From NCBI GenBank assembly GCA_964404515.1, contig CAYOKE010000002.1:1-52198 (forward strand): a stretch of DNA of 52,198 nt. Direction: 5' to 3'. A program made the position numbers and the translations under genes. Source of the DNA: an uncultured Gammaproteobacteria bacterium. GTDB lineage: Bacteria; Patescibacteriota; Patescibacteriia; Patescibacteriales; UBA12465. A model generated the notes under the pieces. The model searched no databases, was not told where the DNA came from, and saw only the letters and a list, made by a program, of their open reading frames with translations. Shown here one piece after another: positions 8,458-18,044 of this stretch (the first letter of the stretch is position 1; every line of letters starts with the position of its first letter).

Positions 8458-8512
8458 TTTATTAACAAGGGCTGGGTTTAAGTCTACAAAAATGTGGACT
8501 TATTTATTTAAT

Positions 8513-8541
8513 TTGACTAATATTAAATAAAATATTATAAA
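8513..8541 (+). promoter_or_regulatory. promoter-like element upstream of trxB
   Basis: TTGACT-17-TATAAA, in a very AT-rich region. Confidence 0.35.
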
Positions 8542-8671
8542 AATAAACTGTGGAAAAACTGTTATAAACAACTTATTTTTTGGCTGATATTCATATTATT
8601 TAGGTTTGCTTTAAATATCAAAAAAAATTATAATTAAAACATAATTAACAGTATTAACTTTTATAAAAATT

Positions 8672-9604
8672 ATGTACGATCTAATTATTATCGGTTCTGG
8701 CCCGGCCGGCATGACGGCGGGTATCTACGCGGCGCGTCGAGAAATGAAGACTTTGATTATTGGCAAGGAGGTTGGCGGCCAGTTGATATGGGCCAATGAG
8801 ATAGATAATTACCCTGGGTTTGAGAAGATAAGTAGCTTCGAGCTGATTAGCAGAATAAAGAAGCAGACCCTAAGTTTCGGAGTGGAAATGAAGGATGATG
8901 AAGTAAAGAAGATTGAGAGAGCGGTCGATGGCCATTTTCGGCTGTATACTAACCGCGAAACTTTTGAGTCTAAGACAGTGATAATCGCCATGGGCCTGGA
9001 ACCGCGTCGCTTGGCTGTCCCTGGAGAGGTCGAATTCGGCGGCAAGGGCGTTTCCTATTGCGCTAATTGCGACGGCCCTTTCTATAAGAATAAGAACGTT
9101 TGCGTGGTCGGCGGCGGTAATTCAGCCCTCGACGCGGCCGAAGTTCTATCCAAGATTGCCACTCGTGTCTACTTGATTCATCGTAGCGAATCGTTTTGTG
9201 CTTTTGACGTCTTAGTTGAGGAAGTAAAGAGCCGTCAGAACATCGAAATTCTGATGGATACGGAGATAAAAGAGATAGCCGGGGGTCAGAAGGTTGAGAA
9301 AGTCAGGGCCCATAATAATAAGACCGGAGAAGATCGCGATTTAGCAGTCGAAGGAGTTTTTGTTGAAGTAGGACGGATTGCTAGCACAGACCTAGTCGCT
9401 GATCTAACTGAAAGAAACGACAAGAGGCAGATCATCGTTAATAGTAAGGCGGAGACCAATGTTCCGGGCCTATTCGCTGCTGGCGACGTGACTGATTGCG
9501 AATTCAAGCAAATCACGGTCGCCATGGGGCAAGCGACTATCGCCGCCCTTAACGCCTACCAATATATCCAAATGAAACTGGCAGGCGCGGAAAAGGTGGT
9601 TTAG
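8672..9604 (+). CDS. trxB: thioredoxin-disulfide reductase
   Basis: GSGPAG FAD motif, redox-active CANCDG, GGGNSA NADPH motif, GLFAAGD. Confidence 0.92.
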   Translation: MYDLIIIGSGPAGMTAGIYAARREMKTLIIGKEVGGQLIWANEIDNYPGFEKISSFELISRIKKQTLSFGVEMKDDEVKKIERAVDGHFRLYTNRETFESKTVIIAMGLEPRRLAVPGEVEFGGKGVSYCANCDGPFYKNKNVCVVGGGNSALDAAEVLSKIATRVYLIHRSESFCAFDVLVEEVKSRQNIEILMDTEIKEIAGGQKVEKVRAHNNKTGEDRDLAVEGVFVEVGRIASTDLVADLTERNDKRQIIVNSKAETNVPGLFAAGDVTDCEFKQITVAMGQATIAALNAYQYIQMKLAGAEKVV

Positions 9605-9632
9605 GATAGCCAATCTCTGCTATAATATAAAT

Positions 9633-10907
9633 ATGGGAGAGAAAAGGATAAATCTCGTCGCTGCTGACATGGGGTATGGGCATCAGAGGGCTGCCTATCC
9701 ACTTTTAGGTTTGAGTGGCGGAGAAATAATCACAATTAATGATTATAAAGGGATTCCGGATTGGGAAAAGAAATATTGGCTAAACAGCTTACGATCCTAT
9801 GAACGTATTTCCCGTCTGAAGAAAGTCCCGCTTTTAGGCAACGCCGTTTTCGCGGTCATGGATTATTTTCAGAAGATTCAGCCCTTTTATCCGTACCGTA
9901 ACTTATCGCGACCAACTACCCAGCAGAGATATTTCTATCGTTTTATAAAGAAGGGGCTGGGCAAGGCCTTAGTTGAGAAGCTGAACTCCATCGGCTTGCC
10001 ATATGTGACGACATTCTTCGTTGCTGCCTATATTGCGGAATACCATAATTACCAGGGTGATATATATTGTATTATTTGTGATACTGATGCCTCCCGCGCT
10101 TGGGCTCCGCTCGAACCGGCTAAGAGCCGGATAAAGTTCCTGGTGCCAAGCGATAAGGTTAAAGAAAGATTCTTGATGTACGGCGTAGCTGAGAAAAACA
10201 TCATCGTCTCCGGTTTCCCCTTGCCTAAGGAGAATATCGGCGTTCGAAAGGAGATCGCTAGCCACGACCTAGCCCAACGGGTGATAAATCTTGACCCGCA
10301 TGGCGCTTACTATTCCCAGTATAAGTCCCTCCTGGAGCCTTTAGCACCCGGGGTTTTAGGAATAAAAGCTCCCCAGCCAGTAACTATTACCTTTGCTGTC
10401 GGCGGCGCCGGCGCCCAAAAAGAAATCGGCCTATTGATTGTCGAGAAACTTAAGGATCGGATTAAACAAGGAGAAATAAAGATAAATTTAATAGCTGGCA
10501 GTCGGGCCGAAGTGAAAGAGTATTTTACGACAGGATTGAAGAATCTTGGCTTTAGAGACAACGATTCCGTCAGGATTGTTTTTGCTCCTGATAAGGTCGC
10601 CTATTTCAAGCTGTTCAATCAATGTTTGCGCACGACGGATATCCTTTGGACTAAGCCGTCGGAATTATCATTCTATTGTGCTTTAGGTCTGCCGATCATC
10701 ATGTCTACTCCGGTTGGCAGCCAGGAGGATTTCAACCGCGCCTGGCTTTTGAACGTTGGAGCCGGGGTGGATAGCCTGGATCCCAGCTATGTTGCCGAAT
10801 GGTTGTTTGATATTTTGGATTCCGGTCGTTTGGCTCGGGCAGCGATGGACGGATTCCTGAATGCTGAGCAAATGGGAACTTATAATATTGAAAAAATCGT
10901 CAGTTAA
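9633..10907 (+). CDS. putative glycosyltransferase (MGDG-synthase/UgtP-like N-terminus)
   Basis: N-terminal AADMGYGHQRAAYPL resembles the G-x-GH motif of GT28-type lipid glycosyltransferases. Assignment is tentative. Confidence 0.4.
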   Translation: MGEKRINLVAADMGYGHQRAAYPLLGLSGGEIITINDYKGIPDWEKKYWLNSLRSYERISRLKKVPLLGNAVFAVMDYFQKIQPFYPYRNLSRPTTQQRYFYRFIKKGLGKALVEKLNSIGLPYVTTFFVAAYIAEYHNYQGDIYCIICDTDASRAWAPLEPAKSRIKFLVPSDKVKERFLMYGVAEKNIIVSGFPLPKENIGVRKEIASHDLAQRVINLDPHGAYYSQYKSLLEPLAPGVLGIKAPQPVTITFAVGGAGAQKEIGLLIVEKLKDRIKQGEIKINLIAGSRAEVKEYFTTGLKNLGFRDNDSVRIVFAPDKVAYFKLFNQCLRTTDILWTKPSELSFYCALGLPIIMSTPVGSQEDFNRAWLLNVGAGVDSLDPSYVAEWLFDILDSGRLARAAMDGFLNAEQMGTYNIEKIVS

Positions 10908-10921
10908 TTTAAAACCCCACT

Positions 10922-11857
10922 ATGTCTTGGATTTTGGTGGCCGTTTCCGCTTATCTGTTGTTAGCGATCGCTAACTTATTAGATAAGTTTTTAGTCGATA
11001 ACGTCCTCAAGAACAGCAAGGCTTATGCCTTTATCGCCTGTTTTTTGGGGTCAGTCGTCTTTTTGGCTGCTCCTTGGTTTTTGCATTGGCCTGGTTGGCT
11101 AATGTTTTTTTATAATCTATTAATTGGCGCAGTGTTCGCCGTTGCCCTCTGGTTTCTTTATGAAGCCCTGCGGCGTGGCGAAGCTTCACGTATCCTGGTC
11201 TTTATCGGCGGCATGACTCCAGTTTTTTCCTTGTTGCTTTCCATTTGGTTTTTTAAGGAACATTTTTCTTCTGGCCAGTGGTTGGGAATTGCCACCCTCT
11301 TGGCCGGCGTTTTCATTATCGCCTTCTTGCCGACTTCCCGCAGTTTTTTGAAGCGGGTCATGGATAAGCTGAAATTGAGCCAATCTGTCGGGTCTGGTGG
11401 CCTCTGGTTCGCCTTATTTTCAGCCCTGGCTTATTCCCTATATTTTCTAGGGAGTAAGTATGGCTATAATAGCCAGCCGTTTGCTAGCGCTTTTATCTGG
11501 AATCGGCTAGGAGCAACGCTTTTCGTTCTGCTGTTTTTGATAAGGAAACAGGATCGGCGGGCGGTTATCGCCAATTTCAGGAAATCCAGCCCAAACAAGA
11601 ACAAATTATTAGTTATCTTTAACCAAGGGCTAGGCTCGATCGGCTTTATCCTCCAAAATTATGCCGTCTTTTTGGGGTCGGTCGCCCTGGTTAATGCCTT
11701 GCAGGGGGCACAATACGCCTTCTTGCTGATTATCAGTTCAATCTTGGCGATTATGTCGCCTCGTCTATTGAAGGAAACATTTTCCTGGCGGATTGTCCTG
11801 CAGAAATTATCCGCCGTCTTACTCATCGGCTGCGGATTGTATTTCCTGGCCATTTAA
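10922..11857 (+). CDS. EamA/DMT-like polytopic membrane protein
   Basis: About 10 hydrophobic segments in two similar halves. 311 aa. Confidence 0.5.
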   Translation: MSWILVAVSAYLLLAIANLLDKFLVDNVLKNSKAYAFIACFLGSVVFLAAPWFLHWPGWLMFFYNLLIGAVFAVALWFLYEALRRGEASRILVFIGGMTPVFSLLLSIWFFKEHFSSGQWLGIATLLAGVFIIAFLPTSRSFLKRVMDKLKLSQSVGSGGLWFALFSALAYSLYFLGSKYGYNSQPFASAFIWNRLGATLFVLLFLIRKQDRRAVIANFRKSSPNKNKLLVIFNQGLGSIGFILQNYAVFLGSVALVNALQGAQYAFLLIISSILAIMSPRLLKETFSWRIVLQKLSAVLLIGCGLYFLAI

Positions 11858-11859
11858 TT

Positions 11860-12915
11860 ATGTTATTTAAGCAAGAAAACAAACAGCCAAGGGAGGCAGA
11901 GAAGAGAAATCGTTTTTTTCGGCCGCGCCTCTGGCCGGCGTTGGCGCTACTACTAATCGTCTTGGCTTTCTATTTTTTCAAGATAGCCGATTATTATCCG
12001 GTCGTCATCGACTTGGAACACCGGCCTAATTTTTTTGGCGCCACCTTTTCTACTAAATTTTGCGATGAATTAGGGCTGGACTGGAAAGAGACATACCAGG
12101 CGATGTTGGACCAGTTGCGGGTCCGTTATATACGGATTCCTGTTTATTGGGATGAAATTGAAAAAGAAGAAGGGGTCTTCGACTTCAGTAAATATGATTA
12201 TCTATTGTCAGAGGGAGGGAAAAGGCATGCCCACTTTGTTATTAGCGTCGGCCGACGCGTGCCGCGTTGGCCAGAATGTCATAGCCCAGCTTGGTTAAAT
12301 CGGAAAGGAGAGATCGAGGAGCGTGTTGCGACCCTGAAGGCTATTAAAACGATTGTCGAGCGTTATCAGGACCAGATGAGTATTGATTATTGGCAGGTCG
12401 AAAATGAACCGTTCCTTGGGACATTCGGCGTTTGTCCGGATTTTGATGAAGGCTTCCTAAGGCAGGAAGTAGATTTAGTGAGAGGATTGGATAACCGTCC
12501 GATCATAGTCACAGGTTCAGGAGAATTGAGTCTCTGGCGTCGGGAGGCGAAAATAGGTGATATTTTTGGTAGCACCTTATACCGGATCGTATATAACTCC
12601 TGGTTCGGCTATGTCAAATACCCGATTCCGATTTCCTTATATCATCTTAAGGCTAGGTTAGCTGGCTTGAACCAGGGGCGCCTGATGATAATGGAATTGC
12701 AGGCAGAACCTTGGGTACCGAGTGGCAAAATGGTTTATTTGACAGAAGAGGAGATAAACCGGAGCATGAGCATTGAACAGTTCAAAGCTAATTTGCAGTA
12801 TGCGATTGATTTAGATTTTCAACAAGCCTATGTTTGGGGGGTAGAATGGTGGTATTGGCAAAAAAAATATGGCAACCCAGAATATTGGAATGTTGCCACT
12901 AGTCTTTTCTACTGA
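11860..12915 (+). CDS. membrane-anchored glycoside hydrolase, clan GH-A TIM-barrel-like
   Basis: N-terminal TM anchor. YWQVENEP contains the (N)EP acid/base motif of clan GH-A. IMELQAEPW is a plausible nucleophile region. Confidence 0.5.
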   Translation: MLFKQENKQPREAEKRNRFFRPRLWPALALLLIVLAFYFFKIADYYPVVIDLEHRPNFFGATFSTKFCDELGLDWKETYQAMLDQLRVRYIRIPVYWDEIEKEEGVFDFSKYDYLLSEGGKRHAHFVISVGRRVPRWPECHSPAWLNRKGEIEERVATLKAIKTIVERYQDQMSIDYWQVENEPFLGTFGVCPDFDEGFLRQEVDLVRGLDNRPIIVTGSGELSLWRREAKIGDIFGSTLYRIVYNSWFGYVKYPIPISLYHLKARLAGLNQGRLMIMELQAEPWVPSGKMVYLTEEEINRSMSIEQFKANLQYAIDLDFQQAYVWGVEWWYWQKKYGNPEYWNVATSLFY

Positions 12916-12922
12916 CAAAACC

Positions 12923-14017
12923 TTATTGTTTCCCTCCAGTCTCTAGGATAGAAATTATTTTATCATCGAAATTATCGACCCACTCCTTAAAAGAGCGTTT
13001 CGCTTCTGAGGAATGGGTTTTTGATATCGCCTCAGTTATTGCCGAAAGGTCGAAGGTATCAGTTTTGGTCGCTAATCCGACCCTTTCGGCATCGGCGGCA
13101 TTGCATTTCTGCTCGAAATGATTCCTGGTCGGGATCATCAAGATATCTTTTTGCAGATAAGCAGCTTCAGCTACCGAATCGAAACCGGCGGTGCAGGCAT
13201 AGGCTGAACAGCTAGCCAAGCGGTCGATGAATTTTTTCCGATCGAGGTAATGGAAGGTCAGATTATCGCCGATTCGTGTTTCCGGGCAACGGGAATCATC
13301 CCAGAAAGCCTCAACTTTCTGGGCGGGGTTTCTTCGGCACCAGTCTTTTATCTCTTCGCTGTAGCCGGCGTTGAGGAGGTAGGCGAGAAAGAAGCCCTTA
13401 TTGGAAGGAAGCTGTTCCTTTATTTCCCGCCTAATTAGCGGCGGGCAGACAAAGATATTATCTTCTGCCAGATCCGGTTCCAGTGAAAACGACAAAGCGA
13501 TTCGCCGTGCCTGACGCGGGGCAGTGAAAGAATTGAAGAAACGAAAAGAGGCCTTGGCCATCCAGTTGATGTCCGGGAACCGGAAAGAAGGATGGTTGAT
13601 AAAATATTGGTGGCCGATGCAGAACATCGGGCGCTTTTCCCGGTAAAGGCGGTAATAGTTCCCAGCCATCGATTCATAGAAGTTAACTAAAATATCGGGC
13701 TGGCTAGAAAGGACTATCTGACGGATTTTCCTCAAAGCTCTAGTGTAACGCGGCGTTTGCCAGACCGTAAATAGGCTGCTACGGAAGACCTTGATACCTT
13801 TATTTTCCTTGTCCGTTATGAAACGCGGGCTATCTATTTTAGTTATCAATTCGGCCGGAACCTGATCTTTGAAAAAGACGGGAAGCGGTTTCTTAACGTC
13901 GGCTCCGACGATAATCGATACTACAAAATGCCCCCTAGCTTCCAGTTTTTCTTTCAGGGTTAGGGCCTGGGAGAAATGGCCGCGACCCTCGCCTTGGATG
14001 AAGAAAAGATATTTCAT
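12923..14017 (-). CDS. glycosyltransferase (MJ1255/GT28 C-terminal-domain-like)
   Basis: N-terminal FFIQGEGRGHFSQALTL motif and a GT-B-like size (364 aa). Confidence 0.55.
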   Translation of the reverse strand: MKYLFFIQGEGRGHFSQALTLKEKLEARGHFVVSIIVGADVKKPLPVFFKDQVPAELITKIDSPRFITDKENKGIKVFRSSLFTVWQTPRYTRALRKIRQIVLSSQPDILVNFYESMAGNYYRLYREKRPMFCIGHQYFINHPSFRFPDINWMAKASFRFFNSFTAPRQARRIALSFSLEPDLAEDNIFVCPPLIRREIKEQLPSNKGFFLAYLLNAGYSEEIKDWCRRNPAQKVEAFWDDSRCPETRIGDNLTFHYLDRKKFIDRLASCSAYACTAGFDSVAEAAYLQKDILMIPTRNHFEQKCNAADAERVGLATKTDTFDLSAITEAISKTHSSEAKRSFKEWVDNFDDKIISILETGGKQ

Positions 14018-14206
14018 GTTGTAATTTTTGGTTTTATTATAGCCGACTGCCCCTACCTAAATAATAAATAGAGCGAAACGATTTTAATAATAATTTAATT
14101 ATAGAGATAATTAGGCAAAAAGGCAAAAGTAGCGATCAATATATAATGTTGATTAAAAAGAACTTTTTAGTTAGCATAATGCCATTGGAGATGATATAAT
14201 CATTTT

Positions 14207-15628
14207 ATGTCAAATAGTCTAAAAAATTTTTTTTGGCACCCTGATAATTGGTGTAAATTATTGGTATGGGCAGGGTTATTTGGCCTAACTATATTTTTCC
14301 ATTCTGATCATGGTTTTAACGGCGACGAGGGGATAATTTTAAATGGCGCCTGGAACTTGATTAATAAACGCCATCTGTATGGTGATTTTTTTGAGTTTAT
14401 ACCCCCGGGTAGTTTTTATTTGCTTTTTGGTGTCTGGAAGATTTTTGGTGTGAATTTTTTGGTCGCTAAAACATTAGCTATATTATTTTTGTTCCTCGGA
14501 GCGGTAGGTTTATATAAAATAGCGCGGTTAGTTATTAAAAATGAACTGGTAAATATTTTAGCCCCTCTAACTTTTGTCATAATGTCTGGCTGGTGGTGGA
14601 TTATTAACCATAATATCTTTAATTTGACGTTTTTAATCTGGTCTAGCTATTTCTTTGTCCGAGGATTGGATAATTTTAAAAAAACAGATTTTGTGGCCAG
14701 TGGTTTTTTGGCTGGTGTGGCGATTTTATTTCTTCAACAGAAGGGCTTGGCTTTTTTTGGCGCTTCATTTCTATTCCTAATAATTTTAGCAATTTTAAAA
14801 AAACGGGCCGTATACTTAAGATCTATTGGGTTATTTGTTGTATCTAGTTTTCCGCCCTTGCTATCATTGTGTTTTTGGCCGTTGAAATTAATTTTTTATA
14901 ATCTTGTCCAGTATCCATTTTTAGGATATATAGTCGTCAATAGAAGATCTTATGGCTTATTAATCGCCAGTTTGATTTTGTGGTTGGTTTCCCTTTTAAT
15001 ATTATTAGCCACCAAAGAGAAGGCAAAAAAAATTTATTTTTTGCTCTTTCTGCAACTATTTTTTTTGCTGTCGGCTTATCCTCTGCCAGATTTTTATCAT
15101 ATTAGTTTGGTGTTTTTTCCATTTTTGCTAATAATTTTTTATTTAGCCACTAGGATATTTAACATTTATCGGCATAAATTTATTAAAATTTATTTTATTA
15201 TAATCCTGGTGATAGTTTTGTCAATCCTAACCGTGTTTAATTTATTTGTTAATTCGCCAGCTTTTAGTTTGGAAGAAAACAATAATCATCAACTGATAGA
15301 TTTTGTTGATATTAATTGTCCGGGAAGATATTTATACTCTGGTCCATTTTCCCCAAATATTTATTTTGAAACTAGAAAATTAAACGCTACGCCATATAGT
15401 TTTCTGATAACACGACAAGCAACGTCAGAGCAGTTTGTTGATGCTTTACGTAATTTTAGGGAATATCAACCAACTTGCGCCATCCTGTTATATCCCGAGT
15501 CATTTTCTAAGTTCAAACATGATAGAAATAATATATTAGAAACATATATTAGAGATAGGTATAGTTTAATTTATCAGTCATTAAAGGGAGATTTATTTGT
15601 TTATAAAAATTTAGAAGATAGTAAATAA
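14207..15628 (+). CDS. GT-C fold membrane glycosyltransferase (ArnT/PMT-like), putative
   Basis: More than 10 TM segments with an acidic first-loop motif (FNGDEG) and a soluble C-terminal domain. AT-rich gene. Confidence 0.5.
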   Translation: MSNSLKNFFWHPDNWCKLLVWAGLFGLTIFFHSDHGFNGDEGIILNGAWNLINKRHLYGDFFEFIPPGSFYLLFGVWKIFGVNFLVAKTLAILFLFLGAVGLYKIARLVIKNELVNILAPLTFVIMSGWWWIINHNIFNLTFLIWSSYFFVRGLDNFKKTDFVASGFLAGVAILFLQQKGLAFFGASFLFLIILAILKKRAVYLRSIGLFVVSSFPPLLSLCFWPLKLIFYNLVQYPFLGYIVVNRRSYGLLIASLILWLVSLLILLATKEKAKKIYFLLFLQLFFLLSAYPLPDFYHISLVFFPFLLIIFYLATRIFNIYRHKFIKIYFIIILVIVLSILTVFNLFVNSPAFSLEENNNHQLIDFVDINCPGRYLYSGPFSPNIYFETRKLNATPYSFLITRQATSEQFVDALRNFREYQPTCAILLYPESFSKFKHDRNNILETYIRDRYSLIYQSLKGDLFVYKNLEDSK

Positions 15629-15732
15629 TAATTGTCTGATTGCCAGATTAATTATAGATAATGAGGCGGGTCTCAGTTAGCAACCAAAACCTTTATTTAA
15701 ATAAAAAATAGCCTTTTTCGAGACTATTTTTG

Positions 15733-15804
15733 AGCGGGTAAGCGGAATCGAACCGCCATCTTCAGCTTGGAAGGCTGACATAATAACCATTATACGATAC
15801 CCGC
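15733..15804 (-). tRNA. tRNA-Gly (UCC)
   Basis: Reverse complement is GCGGGTATCGTATAATGG...TCAGC-CTTCCAA-GCTGA...GGCGG-TTCGATT-CCGCT-TACCCGC. Confidence 0.9.
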
Positions 15805-15867
15805 GATAAAGGCGGGGTTACCCCGCCGATAATCATTAATATTATATAATTTTAGCCCTAAAGTCAA

Positions 15868-17046
15868 TTATTTCGTATCTTTGAGGGAGAGGACGAATCC
15901 TAGGCCAGCGATAGTTACGATCGCCATAATGAGGAAGAGGTAGTTGAGCGGGAAGAAACTAGTAACCAAGATAGCCAAAATCGGTCCGATAATATAGCCT
16001 AAAGGTATGGTTGTCCGGAAAATGTTGATGCAGCCGATATCCTTAGCTCCGACTAGCTTGAAAAAATAGGTTTCCCTCATCGCTTCGACTAAGGCCGCCC
16101 CGACCCGGCTAGCGAATAGGACGGCAGCCCAGAGCCAGGCTGTCGGCGTTTCAATCAAATAGAATAAAAATAAGGAGACAGATATGATGAAGATGCCGAT
16201 GAACATTATCTCTTTCTCTCCGATATATTTGTCAGCGATTATTCCGGCCGGGATTTCGAAAATCAGGAAGGGGACGAGCATCAAGGAAAAGATGACACCT
16301 AATACCCCCCAATCCATACCAAGGTTCTGGTGCAGGTAGATGGGGATATAGACGACAGCCGAGCTGTAGAAAATCTGAAGCAATAAAGCGATGGAGAAGA
16401 TGCCGCGTAGGTTCTTGTTTCTCCACATCTTCTTGATCGTTGAGGCAATCTTTTCCTTAGAATATTTAATATCATCCTTTAGGCTACGTCCCTGGTATAA
16501 GAATATGAGGAAAGCGGGGACGACCAGCAAGGCCGCGACCAAGAAAGTCAGAGTATATTCCCCATTGCTAATCAACCAGCTGGCTAATGACGGAGAAATA
16601 ATCCAACCGAGGTTAATAAAAGTGAAATAAATCGTCCTAGTTTCTCCGACAGACGAATTTTTAGAAAAATATTCCACCAGGACATCCATATTAATCCATA
16701 GTAAGTTGGTGGCGATAGTGTACAGGATAATCGCCAGGAGTGCGCCTAAGCCGTTATCAGCCGCTGTCAGCCCTAAGAGGGAGATGAGATAGACTACGAG
16801 GACCACTTTGGTCATGAAGTAGTTGGTTAGCCGCTTTATCCATCGTGGGTAGAATATAATAACTAAGACTGTTAAGAGGTTGGAGATTATGAAAAATATG
16901 CTGACTAGCTTGAGGCTGACGAATTGTCCCAGGAAGTTAGATTGGAGATAGGCGGGTAGGGCGTTAGAAATGGCCAGGAGCAAACCCAAGACGTATAAGA
17001 TGGAGAGCTGGAAGTTATAGTTTTTCTTCGTTTTTTTTCCAGGCAT
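15868..17046 (-). CDS. MFS transporter
   Basis: About 12 TM segments. 392 aa. Confidence 0.7.
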   Translation of the reverse strand: MPGKKTKKNYNFQLSILYVLGLLLAISNALPAYLQSNFLGQFVSLKLVSIFFIISNLLTVLVIIFYPRWIKRLTNYFMTKVVLVVYLISLLGLTAADNGLGALLAIILYTIATNLLWINMDVLVEYFSKNSSVGETRTIYFTFINLGWIISPSLASWLISNGEYTLTFLVAALLVVPAFLIFLYQGRSLKDDIKYSKEKIASTIKKMWRNKNLRGIFSIALLLQIFYSSAVVYIPIYLHQNLGMDWGVLGVIFSLMLVPFLIFEIPAGIIADKYIGEKEIMFIGIFIISVSLFLFYLIETPTAWLWAAVLFASRVGAALVEAMRETYFFKLVGAKDIGCINIFRTTIPLGYIIGPILAILVTSFFPLNYLFLIMAIVTIAGLGFVLSLKDTK

Positions 17047-17845
17047 GGGAGTGGAAGATTATGATTAATGAAGAAATAATTATGATTGCTAAACTAATTA
17101 TTTGCGGCCATCTGAGGCCGAAACAGGCCGGTGTCCGGTCAAGGCGGATATATTCCAAGAAGAATCGCAATATAGAGTATAATATCATATAAAGAGCGGT
17201 TAACAAAGCGAAAAAATGGCTATTTAGCTTATCCTTCTTTGATGCATAAGAAATAGCTAATAGCAGGATGATAAATATCAGCAAATCGCCCAAACTTTCA
17301 TATAGGAAAGTGGGCTGAAAATATTGATAGGGGGCGTAATCTGCCGGGCGGTTCATCGGGTTGATGAATATGCCCCAGGGCTTTTCAGTCGGTAGGCCAA
17401 AAAGCTCCTGGTTGAAGTAGTTTCCCCAGCGGCCAATCGCTTGGGCTAGAGCCAGGCCAGGGACGACAGAAGCAGTTAAGCGCCAAAAACCTATCCTATG
17501 CTTCCAGCTGAAGGCCAGGATGGTCGCTAGCCCGGCGATGACGGCGCCATGGATCGCCAAGCCGCCCCGCCAGATTGCTAATATCTGCCCGGGGTGGGCA
17601 AGATAATAAGGAAGTTCGAGACAGACGTCATAAAGCCTGGCGCCAATCAGACCGAAGATAATCAGCCAGAAAGCTAAATCGAATAATTCCTGGCTGGCGA
17701 TACCGAATCTTTTCGCTAACCGGCAGGAAACGGCGATAGCTGCTAAGATGCCCAAAACCATGAACAAGCCGTACCAATATATATTAACCAGTCCTAAAGA
17801 AACGAGGATCGGCTGCGGCTCGAAATTATGGAGAAGGTTGAACAT
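17015..17845 (-). CDS. lgt: prolipoprotein diacylglyceryl transferase
   Basis: GGLAIHGAVIAG and GRWGNYFNQELFG Lgt signatures. Start moved to the MFNLLHNF Met because the longer ORF (to 17878) overlaps tRNA-Leu. Confidence 0.9.
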   Translation of the reverse strand: MFNLLHNFEPQPILVSLGLVNIYWYGLFMVLGILAAIAVSCRLAKRFGIASQELFDLAFWLIIFGLIGARLYDVCLELPYYLAHPGQILAIWRGGLAIHGAVIAGLATILAFSWKHRIGFWRLTASVVPGLALAQAIGRWGNYFNQELFGLPTEKPWGIFINPMNRPADYAPYQYFQPTFLYESLGDLLIFIILLLAISYASKKDKLNSHFFALLTALYMILYSILRFFLEYIRLDRTPACFGLRWPQIISLAIIIISSLIIIFHSHAWKKNEEKL

Positions 17846-17851
17846 AATATG

Positions 17852-17933
17852 TGCGGACGGAGAGACTCGAACTCTCAAGGGTCGCCCCGCTAGCTCCTAA
17901 GGCTAGTGCGTCTACCAGTTTCGCCACGTCCGC
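17852..17933 (-). tRNA. tRNA-Leu (UAG)
   Basis: Reverse complement has acceptor GCGGACG/CGTCCGC, anticodon stem CTAGC/GCTAG with loop CTTAGGA, and a long variable arm. Confidence 0.9.
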
Positions 17934-18044
17934 TTCTTCGCAGCTCTAATCGGCGTATTTTTATCTTAAAGGATTATTTTTATAAAGTAAAGAATGTGCT
18001 ATAATAGGAAAGTAAAATATTTTTTCATTTATCTTTGACTATCT

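Noticed and set aside
8249-8530. 93-aa ORF in the divergent region upstream of trxB, and 25525..25773 (82 aa) across the start of the GT-C-like gene.
   Set aside because: The first is an AT-rich intergenic sequence and the second overlaps a better gene. Neither has an SD or motifs.
17846-17878. N-terminal extension of the lgt ORF (MRVRVSPSAHI).
   Set aside because: It overlaps the 3' end of tRNA-Leu(UAG) on the same strand. The internal Met (MFNLLHNF) gives a normal Lgt N-terminus.
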